Numbered from the stretch's first letter, positions 48,908-60,023 are shown. The stretch is 64,000 nucleotides of DNA from an uncultured bacterium (GCA_903857865.1 CAIOGO010000020.1:43064-107063); one strand, 5' to 3'. The notes: generated by a model from the letters alone, not told the origin. Program-made: numbers and translations.

Positions 48908-49690
48908 CTACGCGCCTCGCCCCCCGGTTGCCCACGACGCGGGATCCTGTCGATAGTAGCGGACGAGAAGGCTGTAGACCTTCGGGTAGACCGCCTGCAA
49001 TCGCCGCGGATCCTGGAAGAACGTCTCGGTCGCCACGGCGAAGAACTCCGACGGGTCCTCCGCGCCGTACGGGTCGATGGCGGTCGCTCGCCCGGCATCC
49101 GCCTGCCGCCCCAGCTTCTCGTACGCCTCCATCATGACCGGAGACCACTCCGACCGCAGGACGGGGTCGGCGATGGGTGGCTGGCCGTTCATCTCGCCGT
49201 TCTCCGCGTCGAGTTGGTGGGCGAACTCGTGCAGGACTACATTCAGGTCGCCCTCCGGGTCGTCGCGATCCTCGACGATGTCCCTCCAGGAGAGAACGAG
49301 GCTTCCGAGGGCCCACGACTCGCCGGCCCGCTCTTCATCCTCTTCCCACACGAGACCGTTCTCGTCCTGGTCCTCTAGGCGCGCCACGTACTCGGCCGGA
49401 TACACGATGATCGAGGACAGGGTCATGAAGTAGTCCGTCTCCCGGTGGAGGAGCAGGATGCACGCCTGCGCGGCGATCGCCAACCGGACTTCGTCCGTAA
49501 CGATGAACCCGGCGGTGCCTTCGAACCGTTTCTCGGCGAGCAACACCTGGATGTGACCGTGGAGCTCGTCGCGGTCGGCCTGCGGGAGCCGACGGTAGAG
49601 CGGAACGTCGCGCTCAAGAACGATCTCCCACTCGTCGGGGAACGGCCGTTGTCTTAGCTTCGCCCGCCTCTTCGCTTTGAGTCCGAACAC
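48908..49690 (-). CDS. MtfA-like zinc metallopeptidase (M90 family)
   Basis: HEFAHQLD zinc-binding motif in a ~260 aa protein. Confidence 0.75.
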   Translation of the reverse strand: MFGLKAKRRAKLRQRPFPDEWEIVLERDVPLYRRLPQADRDELHGHIQVLLAEKRFEGTAGFIVTDEVRLAIAAQACILLLHRETDYFMTLSSIIVYPAEYVARLEDQDENGLVWEEDEERAGESWALGSLVLSWRDIVEDRDDPEGDLNVVLHEFAHQLDAENGEMNGQPPIADPVLRSEWSPVMMEAYEKLGRQADAGRATAIDPYGAEDPSEFFAVATETFFQDPRRLQAVYPKVYSLLVRYYRQDPASWATGGRGA

Positions 49691-49862
49691 TCCCCTCTCC
49701 TCCCGCGCTAGAGATGTTACATGCTATCCGCCCTACGTCTGGGAGTCCGCCCTCCCGGGACGCAGGCGCGGACGCGGAGCGCTGCAGAGAGGTTCCTATC
49801 GAAAGCTTGACGCCGTCCTGTCCACTCCGATGTGAGCGGCAGGTGCAATGCGCCGGCTGGCG

Positions 49863-50537
49863 CTAGCGCACTCGCGCTTGGACGGCCGCGAGCAGCCGGC
49901 TCCGGCGCTCTGCGTACGGCTCCTCGACCGGAGCCATCCGCGCCCCTGGAGACCACAGGGTCTTCGCGTAAGTGAGCTCGTCTTGAGCGGTCGGGAGGCC
50001 AATCTCGGAGAGGACGAGCAGCGTGTAGTAGGACGGAAACCGCTTCCAGCGACCGTTCCCACCCCGATGATTCGACAGGGTCCTGAGGCGCCACGTGATC
50101 TCGGGCGTTGCCTCGTCGCCAAAGACCGCGGCGAGGAACCGAACGTAGCCGATGAAGCTTGCGGCGCATTCTCCGATCGTACAGTCCTGCAATGCGTAGC
50201 AGGTTTCGCTCAAGCGCGCGGCCGACTTCGCCACCGCGTCGGCGATCGCGGGCTCCTCAGGCGCTAGGACGTGCAGGATGCGCCCAGCTTCTTGAGACAT
50301 CACGTGGACGGTCGCGAGCTTCGTCTTCAGGTACTCGCCGGTCGGGAGCCGCCGCTCGGCGTAGTCCTCGTCGGTAGGCTGGAAGAGCCCGGAGTTGCGG
50401 CCGGCCTGGATCTGACGTTCGAGCAGCCATTTCGCAAGCAGGCTTCCGTCAAACCTCTTCTCGCCGAATGAGAAAGCGCCGTTTGCGTCGCTCACGGCGT
50501 CGACCAAACCCCGCCATCGTGACATCTCACCTCGCAC
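49863..50537 (-). CDS. Hypothetical protein
   Basis: Coding-like codon bias; no family recognised. Confidence 0.5.
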   Translation of the reverse strand: MRGEMSRWRGLVDAVSDANGAFSFGEKRFDGSLLAKWLLERQIQAGRNSGLFQPTDEDYAERRLPTGEYLKTKLATVHVMSQEAGRILHVLAPEEPAIADAVAKSAARLSETCYALQDCTIGECAASFIGYVRFLAAVFGDEATPEITWRLRTLSNHRGGNGRWKRFPSYYTLLVLSEIGLPTAQDELTYAKTLWSPGARMAPVEEPYAERRSRLLAAVQARVR

Positions 50538-50634
50538 CCTTACCGGCCGACACCCAGCATGGACTCCGATCGTCTCGCAACCGTTTCTCTCCGGCCGGAC
50601 CTCGTATACTCAGCCCCGACCAGCGTGAAGCGAG

Positions 50635-53517
50635 GTGACGGTGCCCGAGGTCCGCGTCTACCTGTTCGGATACCCGCGTGTGGAGAGCCGAGGCAATCCC
50701 GTGTCCATTCCGCGGCGCAAGGCCCTTGCCCTGCTCGCGTACCTCAGCGTCACGCAGTCTCACCACAGCCGCGACGTGCTCGCTTCCCTGTTGTGGCCGG
50801 AAGAAGAGAGCGCCAAGTCGTACGCGTTCCTGCGGAATGCACTCTGGGTGCTGCATCAGACTCCCGTTGAACCTTGGGTCCTCGCGACACGGCACATGGT
50901 CGGCCTACGTGCCGACGAGGGTCTGTGGGTCGACGTCGCGGAGTTCCGACGTCTCTTGCAGACGTGCCGGCGCCACGCGCACCCCGACTTGGCGCTCAGC
51001 GCTCCGGACGTGGAGGCGCTACGCAGCGCCGTGGATCTCGCCCGCGATGGTTTCCTCGCGGGATTCACCGCCGACGACAGCCGCACATTCGAGGAGTGGC
51101 AGTTCAGCGAGTCCGGCGTCCTCATGCAAGAGCAGGCGCTCGCCCTGGAGAAGCTGAGCGACCACTACGAGGCGGCAGGCGACGTGGATGCGGCCTTGCT
51201 CTACGCACAGCGCCGGCTCGCCGCACAGGCGCTCGACGAGGTTGCCTACCGCAGAGTAATGCGCCTCCTCGCGAGGAGGGGAGATCGAGCCGCGGCTCTC
51301 CGCGCGTTCGAAGACTGCGTTCGGGTACTCGATGTGGAGCTCTCCCTCTCTCCCTCGGAGGAGACGCGCGCGTTGGCGGAGGCCATCCGCTCGCGCCCTT
51401 TCACGGCCGCCGCGCCGAGGACGGCCCCGCGCCGCAGCTTTCCTTCGTACCGCCTGCCTCTGGTGGGTCGCGAGAATGACGTCGCTCGCATCCTCTCCCT
51501 CCTGGACCAAGACGAGTGCCGACTCCTCACGCTCACCGGGACGGGAGGCTCCGGCAAGACGCGCCTCGCCGTGGAGATCGCCGAGCAGGCCACCGACTTC
51601 ACGGACGGAGCTGTGTTCGTCTCGCTCGTCGACATCGAGTCGCCCGCGCTGGTGCCGGCAGCGATCCTCGAAGCCCTCACGGAGACGGTCGAACCCACCG
51701 AGCCCACGGCCTCCGGCGGAGCACCCGGGCGGGCCCTCGAACTCGCCGACCACCTGTCGGACCGCGATCTCCTCGTTGTGTTGGACAACGCCGAGCATCT
51801 GGCGCGTGACGTGAGCTGGCTGGCGGACCTCGTGAACAACACGGAGCGTCCGTGCTTCCTCGTTACGTCTCGGCAAGAGTTGGGCGTGCCGGGGGAGTGG
51901 GTCCACCCCGTCGAGGGTCTGGAGTGTCCCGGCGCCGAGTCGAAGTCCCCTCCGGTGGAGTTCCCCGCAGTGCAGCTCTTTCTACAGGCCGCGCGGCGCG
52001 CCGACGCGCGCTTCACCCCATCTCCCGTAGACCTCACGGCCGTCGCGTCGATCTCCCGGCTTCTTCAAGGGAACCCCCTCGGGATAGAGCTCGCCGCTTC
52101 CTGGGCGAGGGCCATGCCGTGTGCCGACATTGCGACCGAGATCACGAGAAGCGTGGACTTCCTCAAGACCGAGCGGAAGCTCGCTCCGAGGCGCCATCGC
52201 AGCTTGCGCGCTGCGTTCCAGGGATCCTGGGACTTGCTCGATCGCGCCGGGAGGGGCGCGTTCCGCGCGCTGTCCGTGTTCCGTGGCGGCTTCACCGCCG
52301 ACAGCGCGCTTCACGTCTGCGGAGCCACCCTGCCAGTCCTGGCCGCGCTGGTGAGCAAGTCGTTGATCGAGCGAACCCCCGCCGGGCGGTATGAGATGCT
52401 CGAAGTCGTGCGCGAGTACGCCAACGAACGGTTGCGCGCGCTCCCGGAAGAGACCGCCGACATCCAGGACAAGCACGCCGACTACTTCCTTGCCCTTCTC
52501 GCGAGTCAGGAGAGTCGACTCAAGCGCTCCGGGCAGGGGGAGGCCCTCATCCTCCTCGCGACCGACGAGGCGAACTTGTACGCCGCGTGGCGACGAGCCG
52601 CCAGTCAAGGCGCGACGGAGGAATTGGCGCGCGGCGCGATGGGACTCTTCCTCTTCTGCGACATGACGACGCGTTTCGCCCAAGGTGCCAGTCTCTTCCG
52701 ATTGGCCGCCGATGCCGCCGCAGGCGCTCCCCGGAAAGAAGGACGGGCGCGGCTCGCGACCTTCCGTGGCCTCGAGGCCTGGTTCACCGCGTTCGCCGAC
52801 CCCGCCGAGGCGGCCGAACGATTCCAGGAGAGCATAGATGTCGCAGCCAAGCTTGATCTCAACAGCGACCTGGCCTTCGTTCGCGTCCTCATTGCGTTCG
52901 CAGGGAATCGGCGTGCCCCGTCCACGCCGCGGGCGAACGTCGAGGATGCGCTTCGCTTCTTCGAGGAGCGCGAACTCGCCTGGGAGACTGCCACGGCCTG
53001 CGATGCGCTGGCCCTGATTCAGGTGACGCCTGCTGCGGCTCTTGCCTTGGTCGAGCGGAGCATCGCGATGCGCGAGACCCTCGGCGACCTTTGGGGCGTT
53101 GCGCTGGGACGCTTCTCGAGAGCTGTCATACTCGCAGAGATGGGTGAATTCGAGCAGGCTCGCGCGGAACTTCAGCTCAGCGCCGAGCTCCGTGAGAACC
53201 TCGAACTTGACCCGCACGGCCTCTGCGGCTGCTATCTCGAGATGGGCGCGGTCGAAAGCAAGCTCGGCCACCTCGAGGAGAGCGCACAGGACTTCGAGAA
53301 GGCGCTCGAAATCGCTGCACGCATCCGCAGCCCATTCGTCGAGGGCAAGGCTCACGAGGGACTTGCCCGGCTCGAGTTCGAGCGCGGCCGTTCGAGCAGT
53401 GCGCGCCAGCATGTTGACCGCGCGGTCGAGTGCTACGAGGCGGCACACCGCGTGGACGACGCGCTCCGAGTGCGTCAACTCATTTCCGAGACGCCGCGTC
53501 GGCGAAAGACAGGTTGA
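50635..53517 (+). CDS. AfsR/SARP-like regulator: BTAD winged-helix domain, NB-ARC-type ATPase, TPR repeats
   Basis: N-terminal RKALALLAYL...LLWPE, Walker A GTGGSGKTRLA, Walker B LLVVLDNAEH, C-terminal helical repeats. Confidence 0.8.
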   Translation: MTVPEVRVYLFGYPRVESRGNPVSIPRRKALALLAYLSVTQSHHSRDVLASLLWPEEESAKSYAFLRNALWVLHQTPVEPWVLATRHMVGLRADEGLWVDVAEFRRLLQTCRRHAHPDLALSAPDVEALRSAVDLARDGFLAGFTADDSRTFEEWQFSESGVLMQEQALALEKLSDHYEAAGDVDAALLYAQRRLAAQALDEVAYRRVMRLLARRGDRAAALRAFEDCVRVLDVELSLSPSEETRALAEAIRSRPFTAAAPRTAPRRSFPSYRLPLVGRENDVARILSLLDQDECRLLTLTGTGGSGKTRLAVEIAEQATDFTDGAVFVSLVDIESPALVPAAILEALTETVEPTEPTASGGAPGRALELADHLSDRDLLVVLDNAEHLARDVSWLADLVNNTERPCFLVTSRQELGVPGEWVHPVEGLECPGAESKSPPVEFPAVQLFLQAARRADARFTPSPVDLTAVASISRLLQGNPLGIELAASWARAMPCADIATEITRSVDFLKTERKLAPRRHRSLRAAFQGSWDLLDRAGRGAFRALSVFRGGFTADSALHVCGATLPVLAALVSKSLIERTPAGRYEMLEVVREYANERLRALPEETADIQDKHADYFLALLASQESRLKRSGQGEALILLATDEANLYAAWRRAASQGATEELARGAMGLFLFCDMTTRFAQGASLFRLAADAAAGAPRKEGRARLATFRGLEAWFTAFADPAEAAERFQESIDVAAKLDLNSDLAFVRVLIAFAGNRRAPSTPRANVEDALRFFEERELAWETATACDALALIQVTPAAALALVERSIAMRETLGDLWGVALGRFSRAVILAEMGEFEQARAELQLSAELRENLELDPHGLCGCYLEMGAVESKLGHLEESAQDFEKALEIAARIRSPFVEGKAHEGLARLEFERGRSSSARQHVDRAVECYEAAHRVDDALRVRQLISETPRRRKTG

Positions 53518-53571
53518 AACGCCGCTCGTCGATCGCGTACGGTTTTGACTCTACACTGAGGGAGGCAACGC

Positions 53572-54771
53572 ATGAATGTCGTCATCCTGGGTGCCGGACG
53601 AGTCGGGAGCGCCATGGCGATCGATCTGGCAAAGGACAAGCGCTTCCACGTCCTCGTCGCCGACCGAGACGAACGCAGCCTCGAGGCTCTTCGCACCGGC
53701 TATGGGATTCCCGGCGAGCGAATCGACGTCTCGCTCGAAAGCTCCGTTCGCCGTGTCGTCGCGAAGGCGGATTTCGTCATCAGTGCCGTGCCCGGGTTCC
53801 TCGGATTCCGAACGCTGGAGGCCATCCTCGAAAGCGGCAAGAACGTCGTCGACATCGCCTTCTTTCCCGAGGATCCGTTCGCACTCGACGAGCTTGCGCG
53901 CGCGAAGAAGGTCACGGCACTCGTCGACTGCGGCGTCGCCCCCGGCATGAGCAACCTCCTCGTCGGTCACATCGCCGCGGGGCTCCAACGCACGGATCGT
54001 GTGCGAATCTACGTTGGCGGACTCCCGTCCGTCAGGCAGTGGCCGTACGAGTACAAGGCCGGCTTCTCGCCGATCGACGTCATCGAGGAATACACGCGCC
54101 CAGCGCGCTTCGTCCGCGGCGGCAAGGTCGAGGTGTGCCCGGCGCTGTCTGAGCTCGAGCTCATCGACTTCCCCGATCTCGGCACGCTCGAGGCGTTCGT
54201 CACCGACGGCCTGCGGACCCTCGCGCACACGATCGACGCGCCGGACATGATTGAGAAGACGATGCGCTACCCGGGCCACGCCGAGCGGATGCACATGCTC
54301 CGCGAGACGGGTTTCTTCTCCGAGACTCCTATCGACATCGACGGCGTGAGCGTGCGCCCGATCGACGTTGCCACGAGGCTCCTCTTCCCGATGTGGCAGA
54401 TGGGAGAAGGCGACGAGGACATCACGATCATGCGCATCGTCGTCGAGGGACTAGGTCCCAAGGGACTAGGTCCCAACGGACCAGGTCCCGACGGCCTCGG
54501 GCTGAAGGGAGGCGTGCGAACGACGTACGACCTCGTCGATCGGTACGACCGCGCAACCGGAACCACGGCCATGGCACGAACCACCGGCTACACGGCGACC
54601 ACGGCCGTTCGGATGCTGGCCGCCGGGCTGTTCAGCGAGCCGGGCGTCATCCCGCCGGAGCGGCTCGGACGGGACGCCGCGTGCACGGAGTTCATTCTGT
54701 CTGGACTCCGCGAGCGAGGCATCGTGTATCGCAAGTCGGTGGAGCCGCTGGAAGTCGCCGCGTCCGCGTAG
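53572..54771 (+). CDS. Saccharopine dehydrogenase family oxidoreductase
   Basis: Rossmann N-terminus VVILGAGRVG, family-like core, low-complexity Gly/Pro insertion; RBS GAGGGAGG. Confidence 0.8.
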   Translation: MNVVILGAGRVGSAMAIDLAKDKRFHVLVADRDERSLEALRTGYGIPGERIDVSLESSVRRVVAKADFVISAVPGFLGFRTLEAILESGKNVVDIAFFPEDPFALDELARAKKVTALVDCGVAPGMSNLLVGHIAAGLQRTDRVRIYVGGLPSVRQWPYEYKAGFSPIDVIEEYTRPARFVRGGKVEVCPALSELELIDFPDLGTLEAFVTDGLRTLAHTIDAPDMIEKTMRYPGHAERMHMLRETGFFSETPIDIDGVSVRPIDVATRLLFPMWQMGEGDEDITIMRIVVEGLGPKGLGPNGPGPDGLGLKGGVRTTYDLVDRYDRATGTTAMARTTGYTATTAVRMLAAGLFSEPGVIPPERLGRDAACTEFILSGLRERGIVYRKSVEPLEVAASA

Positions 54772-54814
54772 GCTCTCGCACCGGCCTGAGCCAAGGAGAC
54801 CCGCGGAGCAACCC

Positions 54815-56014
54815 TTGCCGTCTCCAGCCGCTCCAGCGATGATCTCCGGCATGCCAACCTCGAGTCCCAAGCGACAATGGACCCGCACGGGACTTCTCTT
54901 CGTCGGGCACGCGGTGAACGATGGGTTCGGCGGCTTCCTTGCCCCTCTCCTGCCCATCCTGATCTCTCGTCTCGATCTCTCGCTCGCCCTTGCAGGCCTG
55001 TTGGGCACCATCCGCATCGTGACCAACTCGGCGCTCCAGCCGAGTCTCGGCCACTTGATCGACCGCAAGCAACGCCCGAGCCTGGTGGTCGTCGGCCCTC
55101 TCCTCACCGTCGCTGCGATGTGTCTCGTCGGCCGCGCAGGGAGCTACGGTTGGCTCGTCGTTCTCCTGCTTGTCGCGGGGATTGGGACGTCCTTGTTCCA
55201 TCCGGCCGCCGCATCCCTCGTCACGGCTGGGAAGCCGGCGCGCGCCGGGTTCATGATGGCTTTCTTCTCGTCTGGAGGGACACTCGGAGCCGCCCTCGCA
55301 CCTCTCGTCATCGTTGCGTTCGCCACGGCCTTCTCGCTCGAGCGCACCCCGTGGCTCATCCTTCCCGGCTTCGCCCTCATCGCAGCCTTCGCCATTCCGC
55401 TGCGTCGCTACGTCGCCCCGCGCTCCGGACACACGCCGTGCCAGGAGACCCCAGCAGCTCTCCCGCGCCGGTTCTTCGTCCTCTGGGGCGCCATCGTCCT
55501 CGCTTCGATGACCACAACGGCGTTCTCGAGCTTCCTCGCCGTCCTCGTGGCCGAGCGAGGCGGCAGCGCGTGGGTCGGCGGCGCGGCGATCAGCGCATTC
55601 CTAATTGCCGGCGCGGTGATCGAGTTCCTCGCGGGCAACCTGTCCGATCGGTACGGCCGCAAGGGCATCATGCTCGGCTCACTCGCACTGGCGACGCCGT
55701 TCCTGCTCGCGTTTCTCCGCGGCTCCTCCACTCTCCTCCTGCCGTTTGCGGCGCTCGCCGGCGCGTTCACTCTCGCCTCCACTCCCGTCGGAATCGTCGC
55801 CGCGCACGAGTGCGTCCCTGGGCGGACGGGACTCGTGTCGGGGCTGGTGATGGGACTGGCCTGGGGTGTGGGCGGCGTCGCGCTTACACCCATCGGCTGG
55901 CTCGCCGATCGCTACGGCCTCGTTTCCGTGATGAGCTTCGTCGCTTTCCTCCCCCTCGCGGCGTCGATCCTTCTCCTCTTCTACCGAGAACCCGCACGAC
56001 AGGCTTCCGGATGA
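54815..56014 (+). CDS. MFS transporter
   Basis: Twelve predicted TM segments, DRYGRKG loop motif. Confidence 0.8.
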   Translation: MPSPAAPAMISGMPTSSPKRQWTRTGLLFVGHAVNDGFGGFLAPLLPILISRLDLSLALAGLLGTIRIVTNSALQPSLGHLIDRKQRPSLVVVGPLLTVAAMCLVGRAGSYGWLVVLLLVAGIGTSLFHPAAASLVTAGKPARAGFMMAFFSSGGTLGAALAPLVIVAFATAFSLERTPWLILPGFALIAAFAIPLRRYVAPRSGHTPCQETPAALPRRFFVLWGAIVLASMTTTAFSSFLAVLVAERGGSAWVGGAAISAFLIAGAVIEFLAGNLSDRYGRKGIMLGSLALATPFLLAFLRGSSTLLLPFAALAGAFTLASTPVGIVAAHECVPGRTGLVSGLVMGLAWGVGGVALTPIGWLADRYGLVSVMSFVAFLPLAASILLLFYREPARQASG

Positions 56015-56125
56015 TGGCGTCCTAGCCGCGGCGCGCCGCGGCGCGCCCGGTCCAGACTCGACTGCCCCTCGCGCGCGCCCCGGGCCCCCCCTGCGTTCGG
56101 AAGCGAGCATGGTGTAGAGTGAGCC

Positions 56126-56524
56126 ATGCTTCCTCGGTTCCGCAAGAGACTCTCGACGTGGGTCCTGTCGGCCAGAGTGAAGACCCACGCGTTGTTCCTA
56201 GCCGCGCGCGATCCGCGTGTGCCGCGTGCCGCCAAGGTTCTCGCAGCTCTCGTGGCCGCGTACGCGCTTAGTCCGATCGACCTCATCCCCGATTTCATCC
56301 CCGTACTCGGGCTCCTCGACGACTTCATCCTGGTGCCCCTCGGGTGCGCGTTGGTCGTTCGCCTCATCCCCGGCCCGGTCTGGCAGGAGTGCCTCGCAAC
56401 GGCGCGGAGGAACCTCGATGCGCGTCTACCGAGGAGTCGGGCAGCCGCCGCGGTCATCGTCATCGCATGGGTCGTCGCCGCAGGGCTCCTCGGACTCCTC
56501 ACCTTCCGCAGCCTCCGCCGCTAG
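56126..56524 (+). CDS. DUF1232 (YkvA-like) membrane protein
   Basis: [19 protein letters not shown] is the hallmark of DUF1232. Confidence 0.6.
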   Translation: MLPRFRKRLSTWVLSARVKTHALFLAARDPRVPRAAKVLAALVAAYALSPIDLIPDFIPVLGLLDDFILVPLGCALVVRLIPGPVWQECLATARRNLDARLPRSRAAAAVIVIAWVVAAGLLGLLTFRSLRR

Positions 56525-57231
56525 CCTTCCTGCGGGACAGGCGGCGAGTCTGTCTCCACCGCAAGACGCCGTTCGACGGCGACAAGGCGCGTGAGGTAGA
56601 CGGCGAGGATGAGAGCGAAGTGGCACATGATGGACGGCAACGCGCCGCTCGTCGTCGGCACGAACCACGTCGTCACCAGCGACGGCACGATGAACGCCAC
56701 CGATCCCGTGCGGAGATGGGAGAAGAGCTGCCGCGCGTTCGAGTCCGACGCAGCCTTCGCACCGTACGCCGAGAACCCGACCATGCCCAAGAGTCCGATC
56801 CAGTAGAAGCCGGAGTAGACCATGGATCGCGGTATCGTGTGCGAGTACCGGGCGAACACGGTCGAGCAGACGGATGCGGACACGAATCCCGGGTCGGCGG
56901 CAATCCACAGGACGATGCCGAGCGCCGCCGCGAACATCGCGTACGCTGCCCCGGAAACGACCCTCGACCGAGGTGTGAACAGCCTGGCCGCTAGGAGGAT
57001 GCCGGCTGGCGGCAGCCACGTCACGACGATGAACGCAAGTCGCGGAAGGAATCCGTACACGGGATTGGCAGAGCAGATCAGCACCTCAGTGATCTGGTAG
57101 CCGGCGAGCAGGAGGAGGATTGCACCCGTGATGCGCACGATGTCCTTCCGCCCCGGCCCCGACAACGCCCACACCGCCACGGCGACCTCGAACAGCGCGG
57201 TCGCCACCCCCAGTATCGGCGAGTACTGCAT
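56521..57231 (-). CDS. Integral membrane protein, unknown function
   Basis: Six or more hydrophobic segments; start at MQYSPILG preceded by AAGGAGGG (track ORF extends to 57276). Confidence 0.6.
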   Translation of the reverse strand: MQYSPILGVATALFEVAVAVWALSGPGRKDIVRITGAILLLLAGYQITEVLICSANPVYGFLPRLAFIVVTWLPPAGILLAARLFTPRSRVVSGAAYAMFAAALGIVLWIAADPGFVSASVCSTVFARYSHTIPRSMVYSGFYWIGLLGMVGFSAYGAKAASDSNARQLFSHLRTGSVAFIVPSLVTTWFVPTTSGALPSIMCHFALILAVYLTRLVAVERRLAVETDSPPVPQEG

Positions 57232-57742
57232 GATCCCTCCTTGCGTTCTGGCCGCAGAGTATACGATCCGCTTCACGCAATGCCACGCCAGCCGCCGGGT
57301 GCTGAGCGCCCCGCACCCGGCGCCCCACGTCTCCTGACCTGAGCGCTCAGCTTGTGCGAGCGAGCCGGAATGCGCGTGACTTGGCAGACGATGAACTGCG
57401 AGAAGGCCCTTCGCGACGGGATCAACGTGGCAACGCGGCAGCTGCCGACGAAGGGCGAAGACGAGACGATCAGAGACGCCGTGTCTCGGGGCGGGTTCTG
57501 TTCTCTGGGTTCAAGTCACAGACCCCAAGCCCGCGACTTCACGTTGAGGGGTGGAGAGACCGCCTGTCAAGAGGCTGCCGGGGGATGGGCTTCTTCGTCT
57601 CCGATCTCACGACGGCACATGGCCGGACCGTGTAAGGAAACGTCAAAAGTCAAGACCCAACAGCCCCGCGAAGCGCGTCCGCTGTACTGCGAGGTAGCCT
57701 GCTCGCTCCCTACCCGCGAACAAAGGACCAAGTCCCGGCCCC

Positions 57743-58585
57743 TTACGTCTTGGGATAGTCGCTCACGTGCCGGACGACGAGCTCGCGCGGGGAGTCCGCG
57801 GCTCGCTGCACCAGGAGCCGCACCTCCTCCCCGAGCGCATGCTTACGGATCGCGGCCTGCATCTCGGGTAGGGTGCGGACTTCTTGACCATCGACAGCGA
57901 GGAGCCGTTCTCCGCCGCGCACGCCGGCGCGCGCCAGCTCACTCTCCGGCTTGGGAACTTGGAGGACCAAGCCGGGCAATGACGTTTCCGCGGCGGCCGC
58001 CTCCCGCCAAGCAGCTACCAGGGTCTGCGTTCCCAACGCAACACACCCACAGGCACCGAGCCCGCACATGGGGCAGATGCACGAGCAATGAAGAGCGACC
58101 TGGGCCAGCTCCCAGGCCACAACGGTGGGCAGGAGGCGATTGATCGTCAGGGCCGCGTCGGCATAGGCCTTCAAGTGCTTGGGCGCGATCTCTCGAAGTG
58201 GCGGCTCATACAACCGTAGCGCCATCTCGTACAGCATCGCGTAGCTTATCGCGCCGTGGTTGAATGCAACGGAGATTTGACGCAGAGCACTCGACACCGT
58301 GGAGGGCGAACTGAACGCGAAGCTGGCGGTGGGTGTGCCGCCGCCCGGCTCGGAGCCGAGGCTCTTGATGTAGGCCGCGAGTCGGTCTCGCTGCGACTGG
58401 ACCATTGGCACGAAGCGCTCGACGGTTACCATGGCGTCGGGGTATCCGCGGGCCGCTTGTTGCTCACGCTCCAGCCTTACCTCGAGTTCGGTCTCGAAGG
58501 CGATGACCTCCGTTACCGCACGGCGCAATGCCTGTCGCCTCAGATCTACCGCCATGTCGAATCCTCCCTTCGTCCGTCTGTCCAA
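57743..58585 (-). CDS. Hypothetical protein with Cys cluster and C-terminal PDZ-like domain
   Basis: CSCICPMCGLGACGC cluster; C-terminal GLVLQVP...ARAGVRGGERLLAVDGQEV resembles PDZ; start may be the second Met at 58555. Confidence 0.55.
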   Translation of the reverse strand: MDRRTKGGFDMAVDLRRQALRRAVTEVIAFETELEVRLEREQQAARGYPDAMVTVERFVPMVQSQRDRLAAYIKSLGSEPGGGTPTASFAFSSPSTVSSALRQISVAFNHGAISYAMLYEMALRLYEPPLREIAPKHLKAYADAALTINRLLPTVVAWELAQVALHCSCICPMCGLGACGCVALGTQTLVAAWREAAAAETSLPGLVLQVPKPESELARAGVRGGERLLAVDGQEVRTLPEMQAAIRKHALGEEVRLLVQRAADSPRELVVRHVSDYPKT

Positions 58586-59201
58586 CGATGATTAGTGTGC
58601 AGGTTCGCTACATAGCGCACCGACGTCCGCCAGCCTACAAGGGCCTTCCCGCCCTTCTTCTCCTCCTGTTGTGGCGCTGCGCAGTGAAACGCAGAGCCTG
58701 GCGCGAGCCTACAGCCATGCGTTCGTTGGCAGCAAGCGCGTGGCTGCGGAAGGGGAAGCCTCTGAACTCCCCCAGATGAACTGGCCCGCGGGGCCAAAGG
58801 ACTCACCGCGGATGCATCGCTCCCAGACACGCCCAACCGACCGGAACAGGGCTTCGCACGGTGGCCAAACGGGATGCGTGATCGCAAGACCTGCCCCCGG
58901 CGCCCCATGACCCTGCGCCCCGCTACTCAAAGCATCGCGCGAACTTGGATGCGACAGTCTGCTCGCCCTGACCGACTCCGAGAAAGGCGAGGAACGCGCA
59001 TCGTGGTTTGGGATGGATGGGACCGTCCGCTTCACGCCCCTGTGACGTTGGCTGCTTGAGACTTCTGCGACGCCCGAGGAGATCAACATGAAGGCGCCCT
59101 CGCGGAGGAAGCGCTAGCCAACGGAGCCACCCCATCATGACCACCGCGATCCGCTAGAAGCTCGTGCTGGATTGCAAGACCGAACCCCGACGCCGGCGAA
59201 T

Positions 59202-59361
59202 GTCGCACACAAGGTGCGACGCTACATCGAACCTTGCGGCGACGCGCGATCCGTGGTCCGAGATCCCTGTAGCGTCGGAGCTTGCCTCCGACGGTCGCCC
59301 CTGCGGTCTTCGGGGGAGGGCCAGCGGCCCGTCGCACACAGGGTGCGACGCTACAACGTTT
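59202..59361. repeat. Two direct copies of a ~31-nt element containing a GTCGCAC/GTGCGAC hairpin, plus an inverted partial copy between them
   Basis: GTCGCACACAAGGTGCGACGCTACATCGAAC at 59202-59232 and GTCGCACACAGGGTGCGACGCTACAACGTTT at 59331-59361; inverted TGTAGCGTCGG near 59269. Confidence 0.6.
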
Positions 59362-59416
59362 CACAACCACCGCGCGTGACGTCGACGTGGTCCCGCCAAC
59401 GGACCGCGAACTCGGC

Positions 59417-59722
59417 TCACGCACTCAGGTATCGCTTGAGGTCGCGGTAGAAGTTCTCGTGCCCGCCGAGTGCAAGAAGGGTGACCGTCTTCGCTGGCGC
59501 ATCGGGCCAATACGCGAGAAGGTAGATCTGATCCGCAAGCCTGAACTTGTGAACGAACACGCCACGCAGGTCGCCCACCTTCTCCTCGCCAAGCGAGGGA
59601 TCCTGGCAGATGGCGCGGACCTGCTGGTCCACTTCGGCTCGTAGGACGGACGGAAGTCTCTTCTTGATGCGATCGAAATGGTGGACGGAGACGGGGGTAT
59701 AGGGCACGAGCGCTAGCCCCAC
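59417..59722 (-). CDS. Type II toxin, RelE/ParE superfamily
   Basis: ~100 aa basic protein overlapping an upstream RHH gene; start codon uncertain. Confidence 0.7.
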   Translation of the reverse strand: MGLALVPYTPVSVHHFDRIKKRLPSVLRAEVDQQVRAICQDPSLGEEKVGDLRGVFVHKFRLADQIYLLAYWPDAPAKTVTLLALGGHENFYRDLKRYLSA

Positions 59723-59952
59723 TCGTACGGCACGACGTCGCCATCCTTCATCTGTTCGAGAGCCTCGAGGATGTCTGCTCGGAATTGCGGATGAAGTTCG
59801 CTGTATTGGCGGACGTAGTTCTCAATCGCGAGTTGGATGACGTTGCTCGTCGTGCGGCGCTCCGCCTTCGCGATCTCTTCAATCTGCTCGCGTAGCTCCT
59901 GCGACACCTTGGCGGATACTGTCGATGTGGGCATAACGGCCCACTCTAGCAT
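59713..59952 (-). CDS. Ribbon-helix-helix (CopG/Arc family) antitoxin
   Basis: TVSAKVSQELREQIEEIAKAERRTTSNVIQLAIENYV is a typical RHH fold; directly upstream of the toxin. Confidence 0.7.
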   Translation of the reverse strand: MLEWAVMPTSTVSAKVSQELREQIEEIAKAERRTTSNVIQLAIENYVRQYSELHPQFRADILEALEQMKDGDVVPYEWG

Positions 59953-60023
59953 GGATCGTCTACTTCGTCCACTTTGTCATCCGATGTGCTGCAGTGCAAA
60001 ACCGAGCCCCGGCATCGCCGCTC

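Noticed and set aside
51982-53478. 498-aa ORF on the minus strand
   Set aside because: Antisense to the well-supported BTAD/NB-ARC/TPR regulator; Arg/Gly-rich composition, no recognisable domains.
58586-59416. Several 60-126-aa ORFs in the spacer upstream of the RelE-like gene
   Set aside because: Overlapping frames on both strands with no RBS or motifs, coincident with hairpin repeats; treated as non-coding.
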